Positions 8,950 to 20,110 are shown, counted from the stretch's first letter. The stretch: 64,000 nt of DNA from a bacterium (GCA_030615855.1 JAUWYL010000001.1:139008-203007); one strand, 5' to 3'. Notes: a model not told the origin generated them from the sequence alone. Program-made: numbers and translations.

Positions 8950-11256
8950 TTATCTCGTTTTGGGGGTGGAGGAAAGGAGGAAGAAGGTGGAGAGGTTGAA
9001 GAGGGAGACGATGAGGCAGGTTTGAATGATGCCCAGGATGGGGATTAAGAGGATGCTGGCCAGCAAGGCCCCCAGACAGGAGCCGAATAAATCCACGCCA
9101 TAGAGAAGTCCGGCGGTCTTTCCCACTTTCTGACCCTTTAGATAAATCTTGTTTGCTAAAGGGAATTCCAGGCCGACCAGAAGGCCGGTAAGGGCTACTA
9201 AAATAGGGAAGACTATCTGAGATAGGGGATAGAGGTAGACCCCTTTTACTTTAGAAAGAGCGATTAAGGAAAGGGGGAGAAGGAGAGCATAGATTGCTAC
9301 CGCTCCCTCCAATCGAGAAAGGACCAATAAATCTCTTTTTATTTTGGGCAGTTGCTTGATCATGAAGAGGGCACCAGCGGTCAGGCCCACCATGAATAAA
9401 GCCACGATCAATCCAATCCGGGAGTAAAGATAGCCATATAATACCTGAAAGGCAAGGATTAAGACTACCTCTAAGGTGATCCCGGCAAAACCAGTAGTAG
9501 CAATGGCTAAGGGAGTAAAGCTCCTTCTCATCCTGGGAGATCTTCTACTTAAGAAGATGAGAATAAAGACGAGCACTGCCAGAATGGTGGCGAAGTGCCA
9601 GACATTTAGTTTAGTAAATGAAGCAAATAGTTTTCTGGAGGCGGGATAGAAATAACTTGCCCAGAGAACGATATCGTAGTAGTAAGAGATGGGCTGGAAG
9701 TCGAAGTTCTTCTTTGTTCCTTTTGCCTCATCTAAGGCGCCAAGGAGATAGGAGATTTTTCTAGGCGTGAACTGATAGGAGATGTGATAGGGGGTCAGGA
9801 AGTCGGTCTTTATCTTTCTTTCAGAGAACCTTTTATTCAAGATTTGGTCATCATAGGTGAGAATTTTTTCGCTGGGTGAGGCAAATAAGAGGAGATACTC
9901 TCCCGGAACGGCCACTATATTGGGGAAAATATCTTTCAGGGTATAGTAGATAGAGGCGTTGAAATCCCCCATCTCTTCCCCTAAGTAGGCCTCCTTGGAG
10001 GAGATTCCCAGAGAGATTATACCTTCGGGTTTTAAAATATCTCTTACTTCTTTAAAAAACTCTCTAGTATAGCATCTATTGAGCTGTGCGGTACAGGGGT
10101 CGGGAAGGTTGACCATGACCAGGTCATACTTCTCTTTTACCCTCTTTACGAAGAGGCGGCCATCGAGATAATGGACCTTTACCCTTTCATCCACTAAGGC
10201 CTTTCGATCACTTGGAGGAAGATACTTCTTTGCTAATCGGATGAGCTCAGGATCGAGTTCTACATAGTCCACAGAATCCGGGTTATGCTTTAGAATCTCC
10301 TGTAAGCCCCCACTCACCCCGCCTCCGATGAGAAGAATCTTTTTTGGCTTGGGATGCTCCAGCATAGTGAGATGAGTGACATACTCATTGAACTCCCTAT
10401 CAGAGGTGGTGAAGGATAGGAGGCCGTTCTCATAGAAACTATATTGATCAGTCCTCTTTGTGGTTACCAGATTTCCGTAGATGGAGTTTTTTTCTTCAAC
10501 TAATTGATAACCCCTCCAACGCCACCTAGTAGATTGGTCCTGAAGATTATCTATCTTAGAGGAGCCGAAGAGATAGATACTTAAAGCAAGAAGAAGAGTT
10601 AGGATGGCAAGGGGCTTACGTGATGTGGGATGCCTGCCTGCTGGCGAGGCAGGTGGGATGTGGGATGTGGAACGTATTGTGGCAAGGAGGAAGGCGGCGA
10701 AGAGATTGAGGGAGCCGATTAAAAGGGCACAGTGGAAGGAATGGAGGAGATAGACCAAGAGGAAGGTGAAGATAATCCCCCCTGCCATATCCCCCAAGGC
10801 ATCGTAGATATAGACCCTTCCAATGGCCTTGGGCGCCTCTCTGATTATCTGATTGTAGACCCGGCAGCCCAGGGCAAACTGGAAGCCGATTACCAGACAT
10901 AAGGGAGCAAGGACCAGAAAGGAGAAGTAGAGCATGGGGAAAGGTCCAATGATCTCTCCCAGACCAACACCGATAATACTCTTGCTCGTCCTTACCAATA
11001 ATATCTCTAAGGGCAAGAAAAGCCAGATCAGGAATTGGGTGAGAATGAAGACCTCTATCCCTCTTTTTATCCTATCCGCCCTTCTTCCTAAGAACCAGCT
11101 TCCCATCCCCACCCAGAAGAGCCAGGAAGCAAGGATGAATCCGATGGAGAGCTCATTCCCATAGAAGGTAATGAGTAACTCCCTGACCAGAACTACCTGG
11201 CTGACCACGCTGCTGAAGCCTACCAGGATTAGGGCAAAGATTAGAATCTTCTTCAT
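8950..11256 (-). CDS. spermidine synthase-like aminopropyltransferase fused to a polytopic N-terminal membrane domain
   Basis: C-terminal LLIGGGVSGGLQEILKH...VDYVELDPELI...KYDLVMVNLPDP resembles SpeE. The N-terminal ~200 aa are multi-TM. Confidence 0.6.
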   Translation of the reverse strand: MKKILIFALILVGFSSVVSQVVLVRELLITFYGNELSIGFILASWLFWVGMGSWFLGRRADRIKRGIEVFILTQFLIWLFLPLEILLVRTSKSIIGVGLGEIIGPFPMLYFSFLVLAPLCLVIGFQFALGCRVYNQIIREAPKAIGRVYIYDALGDMAGGIIFTFLLVYLLHSFHCALLIGSLNLFAAFLLATIRSTSHIPPASPAGRHPTSRKPLAILTLLLALSIYLFGSSKIDNLQDQSTRWRWRGYQLVEEKNSIYGNLVTTKRTDQYSFYENGLLSFTTSDREFNEYVTHLTMLEHPKPKKILLIGGGVSGGLQEILKHNPDSVDYVELDPELIRLAKKYLPPSDRKALVDERVKVHYLDGRLFVKRVKEKYDLVMVNLPDPCTAQLNRCYTREFFKEVRDILKPEGIISLGISSKEAYLGEEMGDFNASIYYTLKDIFPNIVAVPGEYLLLFASPSEKILTYDDQILNKRFSERKIKTDFLTPYHISYQFTPRKISYLLGALDEAKGTKKNFDFQPISYYYDIVLWASYFYPASRKLFASFTKLNVWHFATILAVLVFILIFLSRRSPRMRRSFTPLAIATTGFAGITLEVVLILAFQVLYGYLYSRIGLIVALFMVGLTAGALFMIKQLPKIKRDLLVLSRLEGAVAIYALLLPLSLIALSKVKGVYLYPLSQIVFPILVALTGLLVGLEFPLANKIYLKGQKVGKTAGLLYGVDLFGSCLGALLASILLIPILGIIQTCLIVSLFNLSTFFLLSSTPKTR

Positions 11257-11475
11257 TCCTCCTCCTCACTTTCATCCTATCATACTAAGCCCAAGACTTC
11301 AACCCCGCACCTTTTATCCATTCAAAGTATTAAGATAAAAAATGAACCCCGCCCCTTCCTTGTCTGTGGTCGGGATTTGGGGAGAAGAAGGAGCGGGGTG
11401 AATATTGAGAAGGTGCGGGGTTAATTTGTTTCTAAGTAAAAGATGTGATACAATTGAAATGAAAGAGAGGTAGAG

Positions 11476-12165
11476 ATGGAAGAGGAAAAAAAGGTCCTGG
11501 AAGATTTTGGGGAGGTTCTTTCTCTGACGAAGAAGTATATTAAGCAGGAGAAGGAGAAGGGACTAAGAGAAATTAGCTACAAGCCACAGGCTACAAGCCA
11601 CAAGCTACAAAAAGAAACTTTAGAAAAATTGAGGAAGGAAGTGGGGGGATGTAAGAAGTGTCCTTTATGGAGGGAGAGGAATAACGTTGTCTTTGGTGAA
11701 GGAAGCCCCAATGCCAAGCTAATTCTGGTGGGAGAGGCACCGGGAAGGAATGAGGACCTGCAGGGAAAGCCCTTTGTGGGAGCCGCCGGGCAGTTACTAA
11801 CCAAGATATTAGCATCCATCGGTCTTAAAAGAGAGGATGTTTTTATCGGAAATATTTTGAAGTGCCGCCCACCGATGAATAGGAATCCCAAGCCAGAGGA
11901 GATTAAGGCCTGTTGGGGCTATCTGGATAGGCAGTTAAGAATAATAAGACCCAGGATCATTCTCGCTATGGGAACTTTTGCTGCCCAGACCCTGTTAAGA
12001 ACAGATGAGAGGATAGGTAGATTGAGAGGAGAGTTCCATCCTTTCGCTAAGGGTGTAAAACTGCTCGCTACCTATCATCCAGCAGCCCTACTGCGTAACC
12101 CAGGCTACAAAAGAGCGGTCTGGGAAGACATGAAACTCCTCAAAAAAGAATACGAAAAATTATAG
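11476..12165 (+). CDS. udg: uracil-DNA glycosylase, family 4
   Basis: GEGSPNAKLILVGEAPGRNED...GNILKCRPP.NRNP are family-4 UDG motifs. It contains an in-frame 7-nt-unit repeat (11581-11612). Confidence 0.8.
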   Translation: MEEEKKVLEDFGEVLSLTKKYIKQEKEKGLREISYKPQATSHKLQKETLEKLRKEVGGCKKCPLWRERNNVVFGEGSPNAKLILVGEAPGRNEDLQGKPFVGAAGQLLTKILASIGLKREDVFIGNILKCRPPMNRNPKPEEIKACWGYLDRQLRIIRPRIILAMGTFAAQTLLRTDERIGRLRGEFHPFAKGVKLLATYHPAALLRNPGYKRAVWEDMKLLKKEYEKL

Positions 12166-12190
12166 TAAGTTCAGTTATCCGTGATTATCC

Positions 12191-14722
12191 GTGAATAATC
12201 TGTGCCTATCCGTGTTTCAGGAGAGAGAAGTGAGTAAATATATTGAGGTGGCGGTGGGATTGCCCATAGATAGACTCTTCCACTATGCCGTTCCCCCCCG
12301 TCTGGGAGAAGAGGCGGCCCTGGGGAAGAGGGTCCTCATCCCCTTTGGCTCTCGCCAGATAACAGGATACATTGTGGGATCTATCGAAGAATCCCCTATG
12401 GATAGAATAAGAGAGATCATAGACGTCATTGATCGCGAACCGGTTCTCTCTTTCAAGATGTTAAAACTTACTAAATGGATTTCAGACTATTATCTTGCTC
12501 CCTGGGGACAGATGATTGAGGCCGCTCTGCCCATTGGGATGAAGATGGAGAGTAAGAGAGTCATCAAATTGAAAGAAATTGATTTAACTAAGGTTATTCC
12601 TGAGATAGAAAAGAGATCTCCTGACCAGGCACAGGTCTTGAGAATTCTGGAAGGGAAGAAGGAGATGAGCCTGGAAGGGATCATGCGCAAGATGAAGAAG
12701 AAAGGGGTCTACTCTGCGGTGAATGCCCTGGAGAAGAAAGGTCTGGTAGAGAGCAGGCTGGTATTAAAGGAGAGACTGGTCAAGCCCAAGACAATCCAAA
12801 TTGTGAAGGCCGTGCCTGCCTTGTCGGCAGACAGGCCTACCGGCAGGCAGGCAAAAGAAATCTCAGAGGAAGTGCTTAAGAAATTAACGAAAGGGGCTCC
12901 TAAACAGGCCCAGGCTTTGAAGATATTAAGAGAAACCAGAGAAGAAATGACCCCCCTTCAATTGGCAAAGAAGGTCAGAACATCAACTTCTACCATTAAG
13001 AGTCTAAAAGAAAAGGGGCTCTTGAATTATGTTCTTAGGGAAGTGAGGCGCAGGGTAAAAGAGATCAAAGAGTTAGAGAAAGAGATTGGGAAATTAAAGT
13101 TGACTGAGGAGCAGAGGAAGGCCTTGGGAGCAATAGAGAGAAGCATTGACCAAAAGAAAGGTGAGGTCATTCTATTACAGGGGCCCAGAGAGAGCGGAAA
13201 GGAGAGAATCTACTTAGAGGCCGTTACCCACTCTCTTTCACAAGGCAAAGGAGCCATCTTGCTCTATCCTGAGATCATATTCGCCTCAAGGGCCTTTGCC
13301 TGTTTCACATCCTATTTTGGCGACCGGGTAGCCATACTCCATAGCGAGTTATCGCCCGGGGTGCGCTATGATGAATGGCGGAGGATAAAGGAGGGGATGG
13401 CGGATGTAGTTATTGGCACCCGCCTGGCTATCTTTGCCCCCTTAAAAAACTTGGGTCTGATCATTATTGATGGTGAAGAAGAAACTTCTTATAAACAGGA
13501 AGAGGTTCCCAGATATCATACTCGGGAAGTAGCCTTGAGAAGAGCAAAAGAGTCTGGGGCCACAGTAATCTTAGCAAGCGGTTCTCCTACCTTAGAGTCC
13601 TATTATGAGGTTAAGAATGAAGATTATGGATTAGTGAGGTTATCTCAAACACTCGATAAGAAGGGACTTCCCGAGGTAAGACTAATCGATATGCGCCTGG
13701 AGCTGGTTCAGAAGAAGAACCGCTCCATCTTCTCCTTAGAGCTTCAGGAGGCCATGAGAAGGAGATTGGAGAGAAAGGGTCAGATCATTCTATTTCTGAA
13801 TAAAAGGGGATTTGCCTCCTTCATCCTTTGCCGGGAGTGTGGACATGTTCTACGCTGCCCCAACTGTAACCTGACTCTGACCTATCACTTTCCGGATCGC
13901 ATTCTGCGCTGCCATCACTGCAATTATTCTATAAGAACACCCAATATCTGCCCCAGATGTCGGGGATACTATATGAGGCCCTTCGGCATCGGGACCCAGA
14001 GAGTGGAAGAGGCGGCGAGGAAATTATTTCCCAAAGCAAGAGTGATGCGCATGGATATCGATACTACTAAAAAGAAAGGCTCCTATGAGAGAATAACCAA
14101 GGCTTTTGAAGAAGGAAGGGTGGATATTTTGGTGGGAACCCAGATGGTGCTTAAGGGAATAGAGTTTAAGGGCCGGGTTTTATTGGGAATGGTCTCTGCA
14201 GATACCGCCCTGAACCTTCCTGACTTCCGGGCAACGGAGAGGACCTTTGCCCTTCTTTCTCAGGTCGTGGGAAAGGCGGGAAGGGGGAGTCTCCCGGATG
14301 AGGTGATCATCCAGACCTATACCCCAGAACACTATGGCATAAGGGAGGTCTGTTTTGGAGACTACGACTCCTTCTATAACCGGGAGATAGAATATAGAAA
14401 GGAACTCTCCTATCCTCCCTTCAGCCATTTAATCAACATCTTGATAAGGAGCAATATAGAAAGCCAGGCCCAGAGGGTGGCCTCCAGCCTGGCGAGTGCT
14501 TTGATCAGAGCGAAGAAGAAAAAGCCCCTTCAGATACTTGGCCCCTCCCCTGCTCCTTTGACCCGGGTTAAGGGACAATACCGTTGGCAAGTGGCCCTGA
14601 AGGGGAAGGATATTGAAAACTTGAGGAGGGTCTTGCGCCCCATACTAAAGAGAGAAAAAACCCTCACACGCTATAGCAATGTCTTTATTAGCGTAGATGT
14701 CGATCCGGTAGCCTTACTTTAA
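12191..14722 (+). CDS. priA: primosomal protein N' (PriA helicase) with inserted winged-helix-like region
   Basis: Helicase motifs and a Cys-rich zinc-binding region CRECGH...CPNC...CHHC...CPRC. Confidence 0.85.
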   Translation: MNNLCLSVFQEREVSKYIEVAVGLPIDRLFHYAVPPRLGEEAALGKRVLIPFGSRQITGYIVGSIEESPMDRIREIIDVIDREPVLSFKMLKLTKWISDYYLAPWGQMIEAALPIGMKMESKRVIKLKEIDLTKVIPEIEKRSPDQAQVLRILEGKKEMSLEGIMRKMKKKGVYSAVNALEKKGLVESRLVLKERLVKPKTIQIVKAVPALSADRPTGRQAKEISEEVLKKLTKGAPKQAQALKILRETREEMTPLQLAKKVRTSTSTIKSLKEKGLLNYVLREVRRRVKEIKELEKEIGKLKLTEEQRKALGAIERSIDQKKGEVILLQGPRESGKERIYLEAVTHSLSQGKGAILLYPEIIFASRAFACFTSYFGDRVAILHSELSPGVRYDEWRRIKEGMADVVIGTRLAIFAPLKNLGLIIIDGEEETSYKQEEVPRYHTREVALRRAKESGATVILASGSPTLESYYEVKNEDYGLVRLSQTLDKKGLPEVRLIDMRLELVQKKNRSIFSLELQEAMRRRLERKGQIILFLNKRGFASFILCRECGHVLRCPNCNLTLTYHFPDRILRCHHCNYSIRTPNICPRCRGYYMRPFGIGTQRVEEAARKLFPKARVMRMDIDTTKKKGSYERITKAFEEGRVDILVGTQMVLKGIEFKGRVLLGMVSADTALNLPDFRATERTFALLSQVVGKAGRGSLPDEVIIQTYTPEHYGIREVCFGDYDSFYNREIEYRKELSYPPFSHLINILIRSNIESQAQRVASSLASALIRAKKKKPLQILGPSPAPLTRVKGQYRWQVALKGKDIENLRRVLRPILKREKTLTRYSNVFISVDVDPVALL

Positions 14723-15507
14723 TCCCTGATTAAAGGTGGTAAAGGCGACAGTTTCTTTCTTTTCCTCTTTTCCCGTACCCTTTTTTTTAAATACTTCTGG
14801 CACCTTTCTAAAAGATTATCCGGATATTTTTCAAAGGCTTCCCTTTCTATAATGTCTTTAAGTTCCTCAATCCAAGGGGTCCACTCTGTCTTCTTCGCTT
14901 CTTCATACATCTCTTCTGTAAATCCAAGGATCTCTCCCTTCCTGAAATCCATTACCTTGAAATGCTTAATGTCCAAGAGAGTGAAGACCGCCATCCTCAA
15001 CATATCCCCCCAATCCAACTCCCTCTTTGCCTTATACTTCTGATAAGGTGATGCTATTTTTCCTTTATAGACCGGGATTCTTTTATCCCACTTACTACAG
15101 GTTCTTAGGGTGGTATATCCCTGTCTTTCCACAATCATGGGGTAACCCGGCTCTTCTTCAATGCTCTTTACAATTTTAAGCATCTTATTAAAGGGAAACC
15201 AGTCGTAGAAGAACTTAACATGGAAGGAATCGGGAACAGAAGAAAAAAGGTGGGCATCCCCTAATTTGTGCTTCTTTTGCAATTCCTTTACCTCTCTTTT
15301 TACTTGCTTGATATACATCCTGTCATAATCAATGAACAAGGGATGAAGGTTAGTTCCCGGAACCTTTGAGATGATTCCGCCAGTGAGCATCTGCTCATGG
15401 ATGGGTCTGGTAGGATCCCTTCTTGCCCAGTAGAACTTCATCTGGATGGCGATTCCATCCCTCATATTTAGGGGTGGCAACTTGGCATGATAGATTTTCT
15501 TCTTCAT
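14719..15507 (-). CDS. hypothetical protein, basic C-terminus
   Basis: Long ORF convergent with priA. No recognisable motifs. It is flanked upstream by a 135-nt ACGGAT-type tandem repeat block. Confidence 0.35.
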   Translation of the reverse strand: MKKKIYHAKLPPLNMRDGIAIQMKFYWARRDPTRPIHEQMLTGGIISKVPGTNLHPLFIDYDRMYIKQVKREVKELQKKHKLGDAHLFSSVPDSFHVKFFYDWFPFNKMLKIVKSIEEEPGYPMIVERQGYTTLRTCSKWDKRIPVYKGKIASPYQKYKAKRELDWGDMLRMAVFTLLDIKHFKVMDFRKGEILGFTEEMYEEAKKTEWTPWIEELKDIIEREAFEKYPDNLLERCQKYLKKRVREKRKRKKLSPLPPLIRD

Positions 15508-15520
15508 TTTTCCCCTCCTG

Positions 15521-15655
15521 TGACACGGATTTCTTCTACTGCTTACTGCGTTAGCTTAAAAACACGGATAATCACGGATAAAATCTTGGACACGGATTTC
15601 TTTTTGCTGCTTACTATTTGGGCCCAATAACACGGATGAGCACGGATAAAGCAAC
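15521..15655. repeat. degenerate short tandem repeats (CACGGAT-type units; ~30-nt direct repeat)
   Basis: gacacggatttctt...gcttact occurs twice, with multiple cacggat units. Confidence 0.7.
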
Positions 15656-15853
15656 CATCTAAAGTATAGCAAAAGGTGAAAGAAAAGTCAACGATAATTT
15701 GATTTTTTTGAAGAAATGTGCTAATTTAATAACCCTAGGAGATACGGATGAACCCCGCCCCTCATAGAATTGGTAATCTTGAGTCTGAAAAACTTAGAGT
15801 GATGGAGTCTTTTTTATGAAAGTTATTTACTTAAATATGAAAGGAGGGGTGGG

Positions 15854-16804
15854 GTGAAAATAATCTTTATGGGGACTCCAGAGTTTGCCTGCCTCCCTCT
15901 TTTAGCTTTAATTAAGAGTAAACATGATATCATAGGAGTAGTCACTCAGCCGGATCGGAAGAAGGGAAGAGGGATGAAGATTTCTTTCTCTCCAGTTAAG
16001 GAGTTGGCCTTAAGGAATAATCTGAATATCTATCAACCATCAAATATAAATAACCCAGAGTTTATTAGAACCTTAAAAGAAATCTCTCCCGACCTAATTA
16101 CCATTGTGGCCTTTGGCCAGATTTTATCTAAAGAGATTCTAAGATTACCAAAGTATGAATGTATCAACCTTCACCCTTCTTTACTTCCCAAATATAGAGG
16201 CGCCTCACCCATTCCTGCTGCTATTCTCACTGGGGAAGGGAAGACCGGGGTGACCACCTTCTATCTGAGCGAGGAGGTGGATAGCGGAGATATCATATTG
16301 CAGAAAGAAGAAGGAATTAGGAAAGATGATACCACCGTCACATTAAGTAAGAGATTAGCCGAGACGGGAGCAAATTTATTGATAGAAACCATCGATAAGA
16401 TTGAGAGGAAAGAGGTACCGAGGATTCTTCAGGATAAAGAAAAAGCTACCTCTGCCCCGAGATTGAGGAAAGAAAACGGGCTCATAGATTGGAAGAAGTC
16501 CGCCCCTCAGATAGAAAGGCTCGTTCGGGCTATGGACCCCTGGCCCGGAGCCTATACTCATTTTGCAGGAAAATTATTGAAGATTTGGAAGGCAGAAATC
16601 GCATATCGCATATCGCATATCGCATATCGCAAATTACAACCAGGAGAAGTGGCAGATATTACAAAGGAGGGAATGGTCGTGGCCTGCGGAGAAGGGTTCT
16701 TATTAGTTAAGGAGGTTCAGCCTCCAGGCAAGAAGAGGATGAGTGCCTCTTCTTTTGCTTCAGGATATAGAATAAAGACAGGCAGTATCCTAGGAGGTGA
16801 ATGA
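15854..16804 (+). CDS. fmt: methionyl-tRNA formyltransferase
   Basis: Formyltransferase N-domain IIGVVTQPD...HPSLLPKYRG. It contains an in-frame heptamer tandem repeat (16598-16633). Confidence 0.85.
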   Translation: MKIIFMGTPEFACLPLLALIKSKHDIIGVVTQPDRKKGRGMKISFSPVKELALRNNLNIYQPSNINNPEFIRTLKEISPDLITIVAFGQILSKEILRLPKYECINLHPSLLPKYRGASPIPAAILTGEGKTGVTTFYLSEEVDSGDIILQKEEGIRKDDTTVTLSKRLAETGANLLIETIDKIERKEVPRILQDKEKATSAPRLRKENGLIDWKKSAPQIERLVRAMDPWPGAYTHFAGKLLKIWKAEIAYRISHIAYRKLQPGEVADITKEGMVVACGEGFLLVKEVQPPGKKRMSASSFASGYRIKTGSILGGE

Positions 16805-17478
16805 TGGGTTTCTATAGTTCTTATCTCATTCTCCTTCCTGCTCTTATTTTAGCTCTCTATGCCCAGAATAAGGTGAGAAGCACCTATCAGAAGTATTCTA
16901 AAGTCGCTTCCCGAAGAGGATTGACCGGAGCCCAGACGGCAAGAAGTCTTTTGGATGAGAACGGATTGAACAACATCAAGATTGAAAAAATTCCAGGAAA
17001 GTTGACCGACCATTATGACCCAAGAAGTAAGGTTTTACGCCTTTCTGCTCCCATCCACGATAGTGCTTCTCTATCTGCCTTGGGAATTGCGGCCCATGAG
17101 ACGGGCCATGCCATTCAGGATTCAAGGGATTATCTTCCTCTCAGGATTCGCCATGCCATCTTTCCTGCTACTGCCCTGGGAACAAATCTTGCCTTTCCTC
17201 TATTTTTCATCGGCTTCTTATTCGGTGGCCGTCTTTTGATGAACCTCGGTATTCTATTCTTTGCTGCTGCGGTTATCTTTCAGATTATCACCCTGCCCGT
17301 AGAGTTCAATGCCTCAAAGAGAGCATTAGTCTTGCTTGAAGAAGGGAACTATTTAGAAAAAGAGGAGATTTCTGGGGCGGACAAGGTCCTCTCTGCTGCT
17401 GCCTTAACTTACTTAGCTGCCACGGCTATGGCGGTAATGCAGCTCCTTCGCCTCTTGATTCTACGACAAAGCAGATGA
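16801..17478 (+). CDS. YugP-like membrane zinc metallopeptidase
   Basis: HETGHAIQ zinc motif in a membrane protein with the YugP-like N-terminus. Confidence 0.6.
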   Translation: MMGFYSSYLILLPALILALYAQNKVRSTYQKYSKVASRRGLTGAQTARSLLDENGLNNIKIEKIPGKLTDHYDPRSKVLRLSAPIHDSASLSALGIAAHETGHAIQDSRDYLPLRIRHAIFPATALGTNLAFPLFFIGFLFGGRLLMNLGILFFAAAVIFQIITLPVEFNASKRALVLLEEGNYLEKEEISGADKVLSAAALTYLAATAMAVMQLLRLLILRQSR

Positions 17479-18419
17479 AAATAAAGAAGATGCTCTTAAG
17501 GATAGCAGGAATAACCCTGGGGATTATACTATTTGTCTTCCTCCTCATGAGACTAATTACTGGGGGAAGGGAAGTTGCGGTACCGGATATCAGGGGAAAA
17601 GAAGTAACCTTTGCCCTGGAGGACTTGAGTAAAGCGGGATTGAATCTGAAACTCTTGGAGAGGCGCTTCGATGACTATATCCCAGAGGACCATATCATCT
17701 CTCAGGATCCCCGGCCGGGAATCGGGGTCAAGAAGGGGAAGGAGATCAAGGTCATCATCTCCAAGGGTTCTCAAAAAGTATTTGTTCCTGAGGTAAAAAG
17801 GAGAAGTCTTCGCTCTGCAGGGATCACCCTGCGCCAGAGAGGCCTAAAGATAGGGAAGGTTGCCAGAGCCCACTCTGATCTGATTGAAGAGGACACCATT
17901 ATGGCCCAGAGTCTGGAGTCGGAAGTGGAGGTGAGCAGGAACTCTGAGATAAACTTGCTGGTAAGCCTTGGCCCCTATCCTATCTATTTCTATATGCCAG
18001 ATCTGATTGGAAAATCCTTAGAGAGAGCATCGAGAATCATGGAATCTCTAAGACTCCAAACAGGCAGTATTACTTATGAGGTGGATCCGGAGTTGAGGGA
18101 GGGGGTGGTCCTCAATCAGGCACCGAGCTTTGGTTTCTCAGTAAAGGAGAAATCCCTGGTTAACCTGGTGATAAGTGTCAAGAGCCAAACCCGACCCACA
18201 GGTCTATTAAGATACTATATGCTCCATTACGTGGTCCCTTCCGGCCTATTTCCTAAGAGGATAAAGATTGTGGTCAGCGATGCTCAGGGTGAAAGAGAAG
18301 TCTATAACGCCCTCCTCTCCCCAGGCAAGGAGATCGATGAGGTCATCGCCATTATGGGAAGAGCGCGGGCCAAGATATATATTGATAGCGAATTAGAAAG
18401 GGAGATGACCCTTAGATAG
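17475..18419 (+). CDS. membrane-anchored PASTA-repeat protein
   Basis: N-terminal TM followed by repeated ~65-aa PASTA-like modules (PDIRGK..., VPEVKRRSLRSAG..., MPDLIGKSLERAS...). Confidence 0.5.
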   Translation: MKIKKMLLRIAGITLGIILFVFLLMRLITGGREVAVPDIRGKEVTFALEDLSKAGLNLKLLERRFDDYIPEDHIISQDPRPGIGVKKGKEIKVIISKGSQKVFVPEVKRRSLRSAGITLRQRGLKIGKVARAHSDLIEEDTIMAQSLESEVEVSRNSEINLLVSLGPYPIYFYMPDLIGKSLERASRIMESLRLQTGSITYEVDPELREGVVLNQAPSFGFSVKEKSLVNLVISVKSQTRPTGLLRYYMLHYVVPSGLFPKRIKIVVSDAQGEREVYNALLSPGKEIDEVIAIMGRARAKIYIDSELEREMTLR

Positions 18420-18482
18420 TAAATTGCAAAGTGCCTGCCTGTCGGCAGACAGGCAAAATTAGCAATGCAAAACGGGATAGTA

Positions 18483-18572
18483 AAATCAAAAATCAAAAAT
18501 GAAAATGTAAAATGACAAACCATAAAAAATCAAAGTGTAAAAATCAAAATGACAATGCAAAAATTAAAATCT
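18483..18572. repeat. degenerate 7-nt tandem repeat block (AATCAAA/AATGAAA units)
   Basis: Direct reading of the sequence. Confidence 0.7.
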
Positions 18573-18677
18573 TTGAATTTTGATACGTCGTTTTCATATT
18601 TAATATTTAATCTTTGATATTTTATTTTAGTATGATGTGTAATTTTAATATTTAATTTTTAATATTTGATTTTATAA

Positions 18678-19340
18678 GTGGAGGTTATTAATATGGTAAA
18701 GATAGCGCCTTCTATATTAGCAGCGAACCTCACTTCTTTGAGAGAAGAGATAAGGAGAGTAGAAGAGGCAGGAGCAGATCTGGTTCATATCGATATTATG
18801 GATGGGGCTTTTGCCCCCAACATTACCTTTGGACCGGAGATGGTTCGGGCAATAAGAAAAATAACAGAACTTCCCCTGGATGTCCATCTCATGATTAATA
18901 ATCCCCAGAAGTTCATAAAGCCCTTTCTCCAGGCAGGAAGCGATCTATTGACAGTACATATCGAAGCCAGTGGTAATATAGAAGAGGCGATAGGGTTGAT
19001 TAAAGAAGGAAAGAAGAAAGCCGGCATAGCTATCAATCCCAAAACCCCTCTTCTTGCCATCGAAGAGTTTCTGGAGAAGGTAGATATGATTACTGTGATG
19101 AGCGTCCATCCTGGCTTTGCTGGTCAGATATTCATCCCGGCAGTAATCCCCAAGATAAAAGAGTTGAAGGATCTAATAATTAAAAGGAATCTGAAGATAG
19201 ATATCGAGGTGGATGGAGGGATAAATACTACCACTGCCCCAGAAGTGATTAAAGCCGGGGCAGATATCTTAGCAAGCGGATTAGGAATCTTTGGTTCTAA
19301 AGATATCAAAAAGACGATTGAGAAATTGAAGGGAGGTTAA
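18678..19340 (+). CDS. rpe: ribulose-phosphate 3-epimerase
   Basis: IAPSILAA...HIDIMDG...VMSVHPGF.GQ.F are typical RPE motifs. Confidence 0.85.
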   Translation: MEVINMVKIAPSILAANLTSLREEIRRVEEAGADLVHIDIMDGAFAPNITFGPEMVRAIRKITELPLDVHLMINNPQKFIKPFLQAGSDLLTVHIEASGNIEEAIGLIKEGKKKAGIAINPKTPLLAIEEFLEKVDMITVMSVHPGFAGQIFIPAVIPKIKELKDLIIKRNLKIDIEVDGGINTTTAPEVIKAGADILASGLGIFGSKDIKKTIEKLKGG

Positions 19341-19455
19341 AAAGCTCTAACTGAGAGAATCGAAATATGAGAATCTCATAAATTAGATGGGGCAGTGTTG
19401 ATGGAACCTTTCGCGCGAAAGGTAGAATAGTTATGGGAGAAAGGAGGAAAGTGAG

Positions 19456-20001
19456 ATGAAGAGAAGAGTTAAGATTACTTTGGTATCTGTTGTCTGTATT
19501 TACCTTGTTACCTTTACCTCGGTAAATATCGCTGATTTAAAGGTGGGCTTTGACTATGACGATACCCTGATCTTCTCCACCCCAGCCTTCCGGGCAGGGG
19601 AGGGGAGCGGGAATCCTTACTATTCCCCGGAATACTGGAGAGTAGTCAACAATAGCTTTAACTTAGAAAAAGTAAAACTGGTACCCATGACCACTGCCTT
19701 ACTTTATAAGGCTCTGGGCTTCGATGTGGTAATTATTACCGCTCGTCAAGGGTATGGGGAAGAGGAGCTTCAAGAACACTGGAAGTGGCTGGCCAAGGAG
19801 TTCTACTTTGAAAGAAATAAATCGTCTATCTTAGAAAAGGGAAGATTCGTCGCCTTCTTCGGGGATAGCGATTCAGACATCACCGAGGCCTTGGAAGCCG
19901 GGGTCAAGCCAATAAGGGTGAAGAGAAGCAAAGAGAGTGATTATAAAGGAAAATACCATCCCGGCCAGTATAAGGAATGCATCCTCCCCTTCTCCGATTA
20001 A
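19456..20001 (+). CDS. secreted HAD-superfamily phosphatase-like protein
   Basis: Signal peptide plus the DYDDTL (DxDxT) motif. Confidence 0.4.
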   Translation: MKRRVKITLVSVVCIYLVTFTSVNIADLKVGFDYDDTLIFSTPAFRAGEGSGNPYYSPEYWRVVNNSFNLEKVKLVPMTTALLYKALGFDVVIITARQGYGEEELQEHWKWLAKEFYFERNKSSILEKGRFVAFFGDSDSDITEALEAGVKPIRVKRSKESDYKGKYHPGQYKECILPFSD

Positions 20002-20110
20002 AAATCTATTGCCAAAAATGCTTGCCCCGTTGATAGTGTAGCTTATCTACGGGGCTTGCCATTTTTCCCAGAATGTGCTAAGATTTTAAGTAGAAACTAG
20101 AGGAAAAAGC

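Noticed and set aside
15521-15655. CACGGAT-type repeat blocks considered as a possible CRISPR array
   Set aside because: Units are 7-10 nt with no unique spacers of 25-40 nt, no cas genes, and the same motif recurs at many loci. It is a short tandem repeat, not CRISPR.
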